Under the pieces are notes generated by a model. It was not told the DNA's origin and made no database searches. It saw only the letters and a program-made list of their open reading frames with translations. DNA of 64,000 nucleotides from Candidatus Obscuribacteraceae bacterium (lineage in GTDB: Bacteria; Cyanobacteriota; Vampirovibrionia; Obscuribacterales; Obscuribacteraceae), in NCBI GenBank assembly GCA_044226015.1, contig JBGAHS010000007.1, positions 96,001 to 160,000 on the forward strand, given 5' to 3'. Made by a program: the position numbers and the translations under genes. This document shows, one piece after another, positions 19,301 through 28,089 of this stretch. Position 1 is the first letter of the stretch; every line of letters begins with the position of its first letter.

Positions 19301-19404
19301 TAAGTCAGGCGCAGTCATTGCGAAAGGCGCAACTACTTGCTTTGTCGAAAGACCCTTCGCCAAGGGCATGGGCTGCGTTCCAATTGATGGGGATAGGCCG
19401 CTAA
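16378..19404 (+). CDS. Secreted TPR-CHAT domain protein, probably catalytically inactive
   Basis: Signal peptide from MSNKH; TPR helices; CHAT hallmarks FVPDSVLFNLPMAAL, VLFSLW, SLRKAQL and WAAFQLMG. Confidence 0.88.
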   Translation: MSNKHLLRIRQSAVPTLVSLLAFSIGITSSAAFGEAEVTEVQTDAPDHPLPVPTGSKVQTRIYQNKSNFVPKGQGIPLEKYGIKVGATPEGEKVIDALSEVFAINRRPKEDSMGQIFTLEKDGEAAVKKQDNSKALTKFQEMYGLCKEVNYGDGEGRALERMAHIYLNKGEKTRAKALVENALEVMSFTQDKKSLGKTRVTAAEIYLALDNPETALKQLSEAMKDFQSSSVTDSEEAAKGMLLAAELAVRVDQTKDAIKFYKAAAVYFGQCGNGSMEVNLHNTAAGMLLELGFNTAAKEEAEKACAVARQLKRDDLVAASLTQLASCQYNLCEYTASRRSCEAILNLKLEKQPPLALAVMTEAYAYSLGATGSFDHSQACLERAWTIIKNGAPALHKAQVLNGLGVLNTHRGRYAVAIEQLRQAADSESVVGKGREKFGLYISQNLASALSRSGENRQAKQELDGVLRTMGKMKVPDPLILGQVYGALGEICFNLKELGQSDAYLRKSIEVASKINDDGTLWRSYTNLAKLQMSLQQAPNDTLAKAASCFRSPQAGVFTTIENNPFSSTRDELSAELISMLLSNSMVEQAFITAEQVKEEGFINEWQKNGGEVKPSDRELYNDLVSQRAHLHAAEQTSSPDKLLKQWQDWLRRHQILAADNHELARLVSPVPIQLPELVKKAQENQATLLDYLVGPRQSFVFIIDRAGRLGAAKLAVGRDQLRAQVNSMLSLSSKSGPENRAAEKRVLQNLFTELVPEHVAKFLPANPEQLLIFVPDSVLFNLPMAALVDTKGKYLVESHTITTLPAVLSFMGNGVAYGADQSLVFSASSPQNSRESLEANELTSIFNDQVVKLGNEDVSQLQEQAKGAVLHFSAPLLLQDSNLLKAALPMTTQGAADKKATADALFKMNLPSDLAVWSGTSVNTKDSQGGGIKVFSRGLAYAGVRNVLFSLWVEQNPQRTEELLEFYKGRQQGLSQAQSLRKAQLLALSKDPSPRAWAAFQLMGIGR

Positions 19405-19580
19405 GCATTAATTTCTATGGTGCGGAAATTAATTAACGAAGTCAAGAAGGAGTTGCGGTTGTATAAAAGACATATTCAATGTGCAGTAGGTTTATTTCCA
19501 ACTGCTTTGAATCTGCTAAACAGAGGCAGGCTTCTTGGAAATTCTGACAAGAAACAAATTCGAGAAAGGTTCGGACGAGT

Positions 19581-21266
19581 ATGAAGGGCAAGATCTTGAA
19601 AAACGAAACGAAACAGAAAGCGAGAGGAACGATGAGCATTGTGCTCGCACTCTCACTGAGCCCCCTGGCTGCGCTGGCGCAGTCGTCCGACACGCTCACC
19701 AACAACACATTGCCGATGGCGCAACCTGCACCATCGCAGTTTGTACAGAAGATTTGGGGGTCACTCGATATTCGCAAAGCCGCTAAAAAGGCTCGCGGTG
19801 CTGTGAAGACCGATACTAAGGCTGATGCCTCTGCCGAGAAGAAAGTACAGGTAGCTGATGCCTCCGCCGAAAAGAAGATACAGGTAGCTGATGCTTCTGT
19901 TGAGACCAGCACCGCTGCTGGTGTCACAGCAAGTGGGCAGACAATGAAGGCTGCTCCAGCAGAGAGTCTTGATTCCGATTTGCCAGTTGACTTGAATTCG
20001 CTAAAGAATTCCGGGTCGCCAGCTGAAGCTGCTGGGAAGACAGTAAAGACTGAAGCAAACCCTGAAGTTAAGACCGAAGCAAAGGACGAAGCAAAGACCG
20101 CTGTCTCTGATGCTGCTAGCAGCATTGTCAAAGATACAGATCCAGCAGAAGTAAAATCGGGTGACACTACAAAGACTGCTGAACTTGAAACTAAGCCTGC
20201 CTCACCGGCAGTGAAGGAAGAAGTTCCAGCTGTCAAAACCGATGCTGTCAGCTCAGTTTCAGAAAACAAAGAAACTGCGCCAGTTGCTAGCGAAACAGAA
20301 AAGACTGAAAAGCCAATAGCAATTGCAAATGCTGTTATCTCCTTGCCACCAGGTTCGGTGCTTGGCAGAATGCAGTCTGCTCATGCTAGCGAAGCTGTTG
20401 TTGTCGATAACGATGAAGTCCAAGAAGTCGAAGAAACTCTCAAGCAAGAAGAAATCGAAACTGATGAGGGCAAAACTCGAGCCAAGGCTGGTGCGAGATT
20501 CCCGGTTGTGATTTCCTCACAAATCACCAGTAAGACAGCGAAGAAGGGCGACCCGATTCAAGCTCGTCTGAAATACGATCTGAAAATCGGTGACAGAGTT
20601 ATCGCTAAAAAAGGCGCGATGGTCAACGGTCACGTTAACTACAGCTTGAAGGCAAGAACGATTATGCACTCCCTTGTGAGCAAAGAGCGCTGGTATCGTA
20701 ACTCGGGCTGCGTAGGCATTGCGTTCGACGAAATTATCAATGAGAAGGGAGAGCACCTTCCTTTAGCTGCTGTTCCTTCCCGCCAAGCTCGCATTGTCAA
20801 AAACAAAGCTGAGGGAAGAGAATTGGGCGTCAACCACTACGGTCAGGTTACTGGTCCGTGGGCTCAGCAACTGCGCTACAAAGCATTGCGTATCGGTTTG
20901 AACGCGGCACTTGCACCGGCTGGCGTATTCACTTTCGGAGCGATGCCGGTCGCGCTAGGTGTACTTGGTGCGGCTAACCCATCATTCGCGTTCTCAAAGC
21001 CAGTTGGTCTGAACGTCAGACACAGAAGACTGAAGGGCTTTGCCTGGGGCTTCCTCAGTGGAGTTCCTGGTAGCTGGATAATTGAAGACACAACCGTTAA
21101 AGGACAGGAAGCAATCATCAAGCCTGGTGACGAATTCTATGCAGAGTTCACACAAGAATTCACCGGTGAGCCTGGCGGCGATGCATCCTTGATGCCTGGT
21201 GCAAGCACCAAGCTGCGTGGTGAAGTTCTAACCGATCCGAAGAAAGCTAAGAAGTCCAAGAAATAA
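19581..21266 (+). CDS. Secreted protein with low-complexity linker and TrbI/VirB10-like C-terminal domain
   Basis: Signal-like segment; ADASAEKKxQV repeats; FPVVISSQITSKTAKKGDPIQA...GAMVNGHV...KGQEAIIKPG. Confidence 0.7.
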   Translation: MKGKILKNETKQKARGTMSIVLALSLSPLAALAQSSDTLTNNTLPMAQPAPSQFVQKIWGSLDIRKAAKKARGAVKTDTKADASAEKKVQVADASAEKKIQVADASVETSTAAGVTASGQTMKAAPAESLDSDLPVDLNSLKNSGSPAEAAGKTVKTEANPEVKTEAKDEAKTAVSDAASSIVKDTDPAEVKSGDTTKTAELETKPASPAVKEEVPAVKTDAVSSVSENKETAPVASETEKTEKPIAIANAVISLPPGSVLGRMQSAHASEAVVVDNDEVQEVEETLKQEEIETDEGKTRAKAGARFPVVISSQITSKTAKKGDPIQARLKYDLKIGDRVIAKKGAMVNGHVNYSLKARTIMHSLVSKERWYRNSGCVGIAFDEIINEKGEHLPLAAVPSRQARIVKNKAEGRELGVNHYGQVTGPWAQQLRYKALRIGLNAALAPAGVFTFGAMPVALGVLGAANPSFAFSKPVGLNVRHRRLKGFAWGFLSGVPGSWIIEDTTVKGQEAIIKPGDEFYAEFTQEFTGEPGGDASLMPGASTKLRGEVLTDPKKAKKSKK

Positions 21267-21763
21267 TGGTTAGAAAGTCTGATGAGCCCACTCCGCTAGT
21301 ACCGGAGAGCTTGTCTCACGTAATCGGATTTCTTTTGAATCAAAACGGAAGAATAATCCGTGAGCGACTTGAAGCTGCCTTGAAGCCCTTGGACTTGAGT
21401 TTGCGAGAACTTGGTGTTCTTCGAATTCTTGATGGTGAAGGTCCTTTGACCCAGCATGTTTTGGGGCGGCGCCACAACATTGATAGAAGCACTACTGTTC
21501 AAATTATCGATCAGTTGGAAGCGCGTGAATTAGTCATACGCAGCGCCAATGTGGAAGACAGGCGCAGCAACCTATTATTTCTCACGCCGCGCGGACGCAA
21601 GACTTTTCAGCGGGCTCGAAAGTTGGTCGATAAAGAACAAGAGCAGTTTCTTGCTGGGCTTGATGAAAATGAGAGAGAGCAATTGCGAAATCTGCTCTTG
21701 AAGCTTCTGACTTATCACTTGAGTTTGAGTTCGAGCACCGACGAGAACGTTGCAAGCAAATGA
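21266..21763 (+). CDS. MarR family transcriptional regulator
   Basis: wHTH with DRRSNLLFLTPRG; TAATG stop/start overlap with the upstream gene. Confidence 0.93.
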   Translation: MVRKSDEPTPLVPESLSHVIGFLLNQNGRIIRERLEAALKPLDLSLRELGVLRILDGEGPLTQHVLGRRHNIDRSTTVQIIDQLEARELVIRSANVEDRRSNLLFLTPRGRKTFQRARKLVDKEQEQFLAGLDENEREQLRNLLLKLLTYHLSLSSSTDENVASK

Positions 21764-21812
21764 GATTGCTCGCTGCCGATTGAGTATTGAGGGTTTTTCT
21801 TACGCAAAATCA

Positions 21813-21840
21813 AGAACTGAAACGGTACCGTTTGAGTTCT
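21813..21840. terminator. Palindromic hairpin between convergent genes
   Basis: AGAACT-G-AAACGG-TA-CCGTTT-G-AGTTCT. Confidence 0.5.
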
Positions 21841-21848
21841 GGGAAAAT

Positions 21849-22601
21849 CTAGAGCGGCAGCAGAATTTTTCCGTCTCTTGGGTAGACCGAAACTGCTGAG
21901 CCCTGCGCAAAAATAACAGAATAGGGCTTAGCGCCATTCAAGCTTGCGAAGTCATTTCCATAAATCTGAGAAAAATCCCAGTCGAGCTCGAATGATTTCA
22001 CCGGGTAACATTGCCAGAATGGATGCTCCACTTCGTAGCGGAGTAGCTTCTTGCTATGGCTGGTGCCGAAGCCCCACTTGTGTTCTTTGAAATAGTGCTC
22101 TGTGCTTGTTTCTTCAGGCAGAAACGGACTCTCCTCAGCCACAAGACTTATCTTGTATAGCTTGTCATAGTATTGCATTTGGTGCGCAATCTTTATTGCG
22201 TTTTGCTCTCGCTTAATTGAGCTTTTCATGGGAAATGCACTGTAAGGCTCGTTATAAGTGAGCTTTGCCATCAGTGCAACAAACCTTTGTGGAACAAGTT
22301 CTTTGATGAAAACAACTCCGCGATCGTTTCCGTGCCGCACGTAAAAACGCAGATTGATTTCAGGAAAATTGACAAACCCTGGCCAACGCAAGCCCAGAAC
22401 GCGAGTGTCAAGAAAATCGAAAGCAACAAGGCTTACAAATGCCTGACCATCAATTGTGTCTGGCTCTAAACCCGGTGGCATGTACTTTGAAAGAGTCGCT
22501 GGTGGCACTGCATAAGTAAAAAGAGCAAGATTCTCCCAGCGAGCCTGAAGGAATTTTGCTCTCGATTTTGTACTATTCATTCCAGGGTCGGAATGTGTCA
22601 T
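21849..22601 (-). CDS. DUF2071 / YqjF family protein
   Basis: FLQARWENLALFTYAVPP, FVSLVAF, FPEINLRFYV, YEVEHP.W. Confidence 0.85.
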   Translation of the reverse strand: MTHSDPGMNSTKSRAKFLQARWENLALFTYAVPPATLSKYMPPGLEPDTIDGQAFVSLVAFDFLDTRVLGLRWPGFVNFPEINLRFYVRHGNDRGVVFIKELVPQRFVALMAKLTYNEPYSAFPMKSSIKREQNAIKIAHQMQYYDKLYKISLVAEESPFLPEETSTEHYFKEHKWGFGTSHSKKLLRYEVEHPFWQCYPVKSFELDWDFSQIYGNDFASLNGAKPYSVIFAQGSAVSVYPRDGKILLPL

Positions 22602-22630
22602 AGATGCCTGTGCGCGAGACTCTTGCGAGT

Positions 22631-23953
22631 TTAGAATGCGCCTGTGTAGGGGCTAGCACCGCCAACAGAGATAGAAACAGGTGCATCAAGTTGAATGGAG
22701 ACATTCTGTCCGGATGGAATCACAACATCCTTACCCTTACGCAGAACAAGGCTGTCTAGAACTCCGACACCGGCTCCGATTGCGGTACCAGACCAGGCAC
22801 CGCGACCCGCGCCTCTGCCACCACCTGCAATGGCGCCTACTGCTGTACCGAGTGCTGCACCAGCGCCGGCTCCGATACCACCTCTGATGGCTCCCTGTCC
22901 AACTTTGGTTTTCCAGGTTTCACCAGCAAATGTGTCGTTGCCATTTTTGTCGTTGTACTTACCAATGCCGCCTTCGATGTGTGCAGTAATTGGTGTTTCT
23001 ACTCCATCTGGAGTTCTCAATCTGTTGAACTTGACGCCCAGCGTGCCAGCTCTTCCGAGAAATCCGCCGTGCTTCGCTTCAGTTACTGTACCAATCAATA
23101 CTGCGCCGGGTGGAATTTGCGCATTGCCTAATGGAATAGCCTGGCTTATTGTGGCTTGAATCAAATCACCAGCCTGTGCAGCTTGCGTTGCGATTGATGT
23201 ATTCAAAGTCGCTTGCAGCACCATTCCAGCTGGTGCATAGGCAACCTGCCCTCTCATCGGTCCACCGGGATAGCCACCACCTTGAGGTGGGTATCCGCCC
23301 TGTTGTGGGTAGCCCTGCTGATATCCACCGCCTTGAGGTGGGTATCCACCCTGAGCTGGCGGATAGCCGCCTGCGCTGCGGTTGAACTGGTCGCCGCCAT
23401 AAGGTTGCTGCGGTGGTGGTGAATAAGTTTGTGTTTGCGGAGGCGGATTATATTGGACATTCGTTGCCGATGCGGCACCAGGGTCGTAAGTTGGTGCTGG
23501 TGCCGGCGATGAACCTGCGCCAGTCAACTGCGCTACATAATGGCTAACGCTAGCTGTGTCTTGGAGTGATTTCTTTAGAGCATCTGCCCAGCGTTGCGCG
23601 AGGACTGCTGGCGTCACTCCTGCTAACCTTGCGTTGTCAGCGTCGACTGTGCACACTTGATAGCCGCCCAATGTGATTACCGGAACGCCCTTCACATAAA
23701 CAATGTTTACTGCTGACGGATTGCGATCTTTCGATGCGACAAGTGCATTGTCAAGATTCTTCTGGATTGCCTCTGCCTTTTGTTCAACTGACATGCCTCC
23801 ACTTGCAACCTTGTTTTCGAACACCGTGGAGCCAGCAAGACGGACCGAACCATCAGCGGCAAAAACAGATAATGGAGCAATAGCAATGGTTTGCGCGACT
23901 GATAACGCTAGAACCAAAAGTGTGCGCTTTGAAAAGGAAGCTCTGGAAGCCAT
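22631..23953 (-). CDS. Secreted protein with GYPPQ repeats and TrbI/VirB10-like, glycine-zipper C-terminal domain
   Basis: Signal peptide; GGYPPQGG repeats; LQATLNTSIAT..AQAGD..IPPGAVLIGTV; GAGAGAALGTAVGAIAGG. Confidence 0.7.
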   Translation of the reverse strand: MASRASFSKRTLLVLALSVAQTIAIAPLSVFAADGSVRLAGSTVFENKVASGGMSVEQKAEAIQKNLDNALVASKDRNPSAVNIVYVKGVPVITLGGYQVCTVDADNARLAGVTPAVLAQRWADALKKSLQDTASVSHYVAQLTGAGSSPAPAPTYDPGAASATNVQYNPPPQTQTYSPPPQQPYGGDQFNRSAGGYPPAQGGYPPQGGGYQQGYPQQGGYPPQGGGYPGGPMRGQVAYAPAGMVLQATLNTSIATQAAQAGDLIQATISQAIPLGNAQIPPGAVLIGTVTEAKHGGFLGRAGTLGVKFNRLRTPDGVETPITAHIEGGIGKYNDKNGNDTFAGETWKTKVGQGAIRGGIGAGAGAALGTAVGAIAGGGRGAGRGAWSGTAIGAGVGVLDSLVLRKGKDVVIPSGQNVSIQLDAPVSISVGGASPYTGAF

Positions 23954-24118
23954 ACGACATCTCCGTGAGACGAAACTAGTTCATCAGAATAGACATTTCA
24001 CAGTCTATCAATGTTCCCAGCATGGTTTCTGAGAGTACATAAATCCTTCACTTTGATTGCACATGATGAGAGCGCAAAAGGCTGGACAAGAAGCGTTTTG
24101 CTCGTTTAGATTAGGCGA

Positions 24119-24967
24119 ATGCAGAATTCATTCCATCGATTAAAAGATTTCAAAACAGAGTTCGCTGGCAAAGTGGTTCTCGTCACGGGCGCAAGTCGAG
24201 GCATCGGCCGTGCGATTGCTCTGGCTTTTGCAAGCTGCGGAGCGCGGGTTGCCGTCTGCTCTAGTAATTCTGTGCATCTGGCTAAGTTAGAAAGTGAATT
24301 GAAAGATTTGGGCGCAAGTTACTTTGCACGAGTTGTTGACGTCAAAGACGAAAGCGCGGTCTGCCATTATTTGACTGAACTCAAGCAGCAGTTTGGAGCT
24401 GTGCAAATCCTGGTGAACAACGCGGGCATCTTCAAAACAGCTTCAGTCGCGGGGCATTCCAGTGAAGATTGGAAGGAGATTTTGCAAACGAATCTTGACT
24501 CTGCATTCTACTTCTGTCGTGAGCTCATCCCAGATTTTGAGCAAGCCGGCTGGGGGCGCATCGTGAATATTTCCTCTATATCTGGTCGAAGAGGAGAGGC
24601 TCATGGTGCAGCGTACTCTGCGTCCAAATTTGGGCTCATCGGACTTACAGAATCGCTCGCTCTTGAACTAGCTCATACGGGTGTGACTGTGAATGCGGTA
24701 TGTCCGGGATGGGTAAGGACAGATATGTCTGTCGCACAGTTACACGACCCCGCCTATCGAGCAAACGTGGAAGTTCTTGAAAGCGCCGAACAGACGAGCC
24801 GAATTCCCAGTGAGGACGAGTCAGTTGAGATCGCGCGCATGTCAGTTCCGCAGCAAAGATTTATAGAACCAGAAGAGGTTGCAGAACTTGTTCTCTATCT
24901 TTCGAGCCAGGCTGCGCAAGGAATTACAGGACAGTCGATAAACATTTGCGGTGGTATGAGCATCTAA
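24119..24967 (+). CDS. SDR family oxidoreductase
   Basis: TGASRGIG, NNAG, YSASK, NAVCPG. Confidence 0.95.
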   Translation: MQNSFHRLKDFKTEFAGKVVLVTGASRGIGRAIALAFASCGARVAVCSSNSVHLAKLESELKDLGASYFARVVDVKDESAVCHYLTELKQQFGAVQILVNNAGIFKTASVAGHSSEDWKEILQTNLDSAFYFCRELIPDFEQAGWGRIVNISSISGRRGEAHGAAYSASKFGLIGLTESLALELAHTGVTVNAVCPGWVRTDMSVAQLHDPAYRANVEVLESAEQTSRIPSEDESVEIARMSVPQQRFIEPEEVAELVLYLSSQAAQGITGQSINICGGMSI

Positions 24968-25023
24968 TTCGCAAACGTGCTTTTATATAATGAAGGTGCA
25001 GATGTGTTTCTAGAGGATGAGAG

Positions 25024-25860
25024 ATGGCAGATAAGCGGCAACTTGCGCTCGAAAAGAATGAATGGCCACTGGAAGAAATAAACGGAATTACTCTCTGTCC
25101 GTCACCGCTTTTGAAAAGTTTGAAATCAATCGTCCATACTTTCACCACACGCAAAGGTGGTGGAACTCCTGCGCCGCTTGATTCCTTTAATTTGGGGCGG
25201 CACTGGAACACTGATGAAAGCAAAGTTGATGCGATGGAAAACCGGAGGGTGCTCTGCGATCTGTTTGGCATTGAATCGCAAAAGTTGGCAGTACCTGGGC
25301 AGCAGCATACAAACAATGTGCATATTTTGAAAGCAGAAGAAACGCAAAGTCCAGGACCCTATCAGTTTGCTGCGATTGACGCTGTAGCTACCGACTTGCA
25401 AAGGCAGCCAGTCTTGCTGCATTTTGCTGATTGCGTTCCCGTTATGCTGGTTGACGAAAAGAAAAAGAAAATTTGTGTGATTCATGCCGGATGGCGTGGC
25501 ACCGCCAGTAGTATCGTGAAAAAGAGTGTTGAACTCATGGTCAATGAAATGGACTCTAAGCCTGGCGATATTTATGCCGCAGTAGGTCCTGCCATTGGAT
25601 CTTGCTGTTATCAAACCGGCGAGGAGGTCGTTTTGCAGTTGAATGAAACTGTGGAGAATGGCGATGAATTGATATTGCGAAAAGATGGAAACCCCTTCCC
25701 TGATCTCAAGGCATTTAATGCAAGGCAACTTCTAGAGTCGGGTGTTCGCAACATTGATGTTAGTGGCTGGTGCACTGCCTGTCATCCAGAGACCTTCTAT
25801 TCCCACCGACAGTCGGGTGGAGTAACGGGGCGACAGGGCGCAATGGCTTGCCTGATATAG
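25024..25860 (+). CDS. pgeF: PgeF/YfiH family (peptidoglycan editing factor / purine nucleoside phosphorylase)
   Basis: FTTRKGG, SFNLG, QQH, ADCVPV, IHAGWRG, GPAI, CTAC, FYSHR. Confidence 0.93.
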   Translation: MADKRQLALEKNEWPLEEINGITLCPSPLLKSLKSIVHTFTTRKGGGTPAPLDSFNLGRHWNTDESKVDAMENRRVLCDLFGIESQKLAVPGQQHTNNVHILKAEETQSPGPYQFAAIDAVATDLQRQPVLLHFADCVPVMLVDEKKKKICVIHAGWRGTASSIVKKSVELMVNEMDSKPGDIYAAVGPAIGSCCYQTGEEVVLQLNETVENGDELILRKDGNPFPDLKAFNARQLLESGVRNIDVSGWCTACHPETFYSHRQSGGVTGRQGAMACLI

Positions 25861-26075
25861 GTTTCCGCTGGAGAGACAATTTGAGGGTCAAATGTGTTCG
25901 GCGCGTGATGGAATGACCGCTTGTAGTTCGGTTTACAAAGTAAAGGCAGGCAATTCCGGCATATGCGACAATAAGCTAGTGATCTGGCTAATCTGGGCTT
26001 AATCTTTCTACTTGTTACACAAATAATCCAGGTTTCGAGACACAATAGATATGGAAGTCTTAGCGAGATAAGTCT

Positions 26076-28070
26076 TTGCGTAATTCCAAAAAGGTTGTGC
26101 CGCTAATATCGTCTCTGCTGCTTTGCGCACAGGCGCCTATTGTTCTGGCGGAGAATTCAGCTGATTTGAGTGCTTCTGCGGTATCGACCAAGACCGGACC
26201 ATCCTCGACAGAGAAGAGCGCGGAGAAGAGCGCCTCAGGGAAGATCGCCACAGAGAAGGGCGCTGCTGGAAAAACTGCTTCGGCAAAAAGTTCTACGGAG
26301 AAGGGCGCCTCAGAAAAGAAGGGTGAGAGCACAAAGCACAATTCAAATTACAAAATGGCAGAGCCCATTGCTGACCCAGCTGGTTCGCCGACAAGAGTGC
26401 ATAGACCCGGCACAGATTCTGCTATGCCACCAACTGCACCATCAGCGGCAGCCAGTCAAAGTCCGATGCCTCTCTACACGGCACCAGCGAATCCTCCGGC
26501 GCGAGAACGTTTTCCCAGTGTGGGACAACTAGAGCAGCTAATGTTCGGGCACGCATCACCGCAAATAGTTGTGGACAATCGCCTTGATAAATTGGAATCT
26601 GCGATTTTTCAAAAGACTTATCCTGACCTCGACATTGAACAACGAATTAAGCGACTCAAAGATGTGGTCATCGGCGAGGAAAACAATCACAGCGCACCTC
26701 CAACAGGCACGCCATCTGGTATGCCTTCCGGCTCTGATTACTATTCGAGTGCCACACAGCGCCCTCCTGCGGCTGCCGAAACAGAGGCTCCCGACTCTCA
26801 ACCTAAGCCTCCTTTCTTTCCTAATTATGGACATTACGATTTAAATCAGGAACTCAGCGTTGCTGAGGCTGAAAAATTTGCAGTTGATGTTCTCAATGAA
26901 GTGCGTGCACAGCAGGGGTTGAGCGAAGTTCAGTGGGACGACATGGGCTTTAAAGTTGCAACTGAACAAGTGCAAGATTTGATCAAGCGAGAAGCTGTTT
27001 CACATCAAAATGCTGCGGGGCAAAACCCTGATGTTCGCTATTCAGGCGCTGGTGGAGCTGATTCACTAGTAGAAAGCACAATAATGTTTCCTCGTGCGGA
27101 AAATCTGAAGGTAACGCGCGACCTTGTGGTGAAGATGCTTGAGACTTTGTTCACACGGCAAGATGATCGTGAATGCTTGTTATTTCCGCATGCAAGCGGC
27201 TTCGCAATGTCATTCAGATGGACTCCATCAAAGCAAAAGTTGTTTTGCTGCACTGAGGTGGTGACCAAGCATGGGCAGATGGATCCCATCCCGCTTGAAG
27301 CCGTTGTTGGCGACAAGGTGGAGATAAAAGGAAATATCGAGGCGCCGTACAAGTTCCACAAAATAACTCTTGCTTGGGAGAGTTTGCCGCCACCACCTGC
27401 GGATGACGGTACAGAGGCGACTGAAGCCCTGCCTTATTTCCCTCCGTTGGATTATGAGGCTCACGCAATTAAATCAAATAGAGACTTCGATAAAGGTATT
27501 CGCATTCTTCAAATCGCAGGCATTACCGCTGCCATCGCGGGTGGTATCTTCATTCCTCCAGTTGCGCTGGCGGCTCCGTTAATCGCCGCATCTGTAGGAA
27601 CCAGCACTCCAAAGCCGGTCTCGGAAATTCCGGTAAAGGGTGGTGTCAAGACTGACGGAAATAGCTTCACTCATAGAGTTACACTAAACAATCAGGGAAA
27701 AGAAGGCATTTATTACCTTACGGTTTGGGCCCAGTCTTCCACTAATCCGAATGAGATTCTTCCAGTTTCACGAAGAGCCATCGTTGCGAAAAAGAGCGTG
27801 CTAAGCGAAGAGAAGGACGATAAGAAGTCAGACTCGGGCGTCAATTCTGATAACTCCTCGAAAGACACTAGTTCGGTGCAGAAAGCTGAAACAGATTCGC
27901 AATCTGACAAAGAATTTGATAAAAAAGAAAAGAAAGCCCGAAAGAAGGCGGCGAAGGAAGCTTCTAAACATAAAGAAGATAGCAAAGATATAGCTACCCC
28001 ACGAAGTGAACTCAAAAGTGAAGACCCAGCAAATGGCGAGGCTAAAAAAGATCAGGCAAGTGCACCTTAA
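26076..28070 (+). CDS. Secreted multidomain protein with degenerate CAP domain
   Basis: Signal peptide; VLNEVRAQQGLSEV...VSHQNAAGQNPDVRY; hydrophobic segment; K/D/E-rich tail. Confidence 0.7.
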   Translation: MRNSKKVVPLISSLLLCAQAPIVLAENSADLSASAVSTKTGPSSTEKSAEKSASGKIATEKGAAGKTASAKSSTEKGASEKKGESTKHNSNYKMAEPIADPAGSPTRVHRPGTDSAMPPTAPSAAASQSPMPLYTAPANPPARERFPSVGQLEQLMFGHASPQIVVDNRLDKLESAIFQKTYPDLDIEQRIKRLKDVVIGEENNHSAPPTGTPSGMPSGSDYYSSATQRPPAAAETEAPDSQPKPPFFPNYGHYDLNQELSVAEAEKFAVDVLNEVRAQQGLSEVQWDDMGFKVATEQVQDLIKREAVSHQNAAGQNPDVRYSGAGGADSLVESTIMFPRAENLKVTRDLVVKMLETLFTRQDDRECLLFPHASGFAMSFRWTPSKQKLFCCTEVVTKHGQMDPIPLEAVVGDKVEIKGNIEAPYKFHKITLAWESLPPPPADDGTEATEALPYFPPLDYEAHAIKSNRDFDKGIRILQIAGITAAIAGGIFIPPVALAAPLIAASVGTSTPKPVSEIPVKGGVKTDGNSFTHRVTLNNQGKEGIYYLTVWAQSSTNPNEILPVSRRAIVAKKSVLSEEKDDKKSDSGVNSDNSSKDTSSVQKAETDSQSDKEFDKKEKKARKKAAKEASKHKEDSKDIATPRSELKSEDPANGEAKKDQASAP

Positions 28071-28089
28071 TTTATTTGAGAAGGGCAGA

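Noticed and set aside
16378..19404. Craspase or other CRISPR-linked TPR-CHAT protease
   Set aside because: It has a signal peptide, lacks the catalytic dyad and has no cas or defence neighbours.
19442..20269. 275-aa minus-strand ORF, and similar long shadow ORFs (917-1555, 25126-25728, 42972-43562)
   Set aside because: They are antisense to well-supported genes, and their composition reflects reverse-complemented codon bias.
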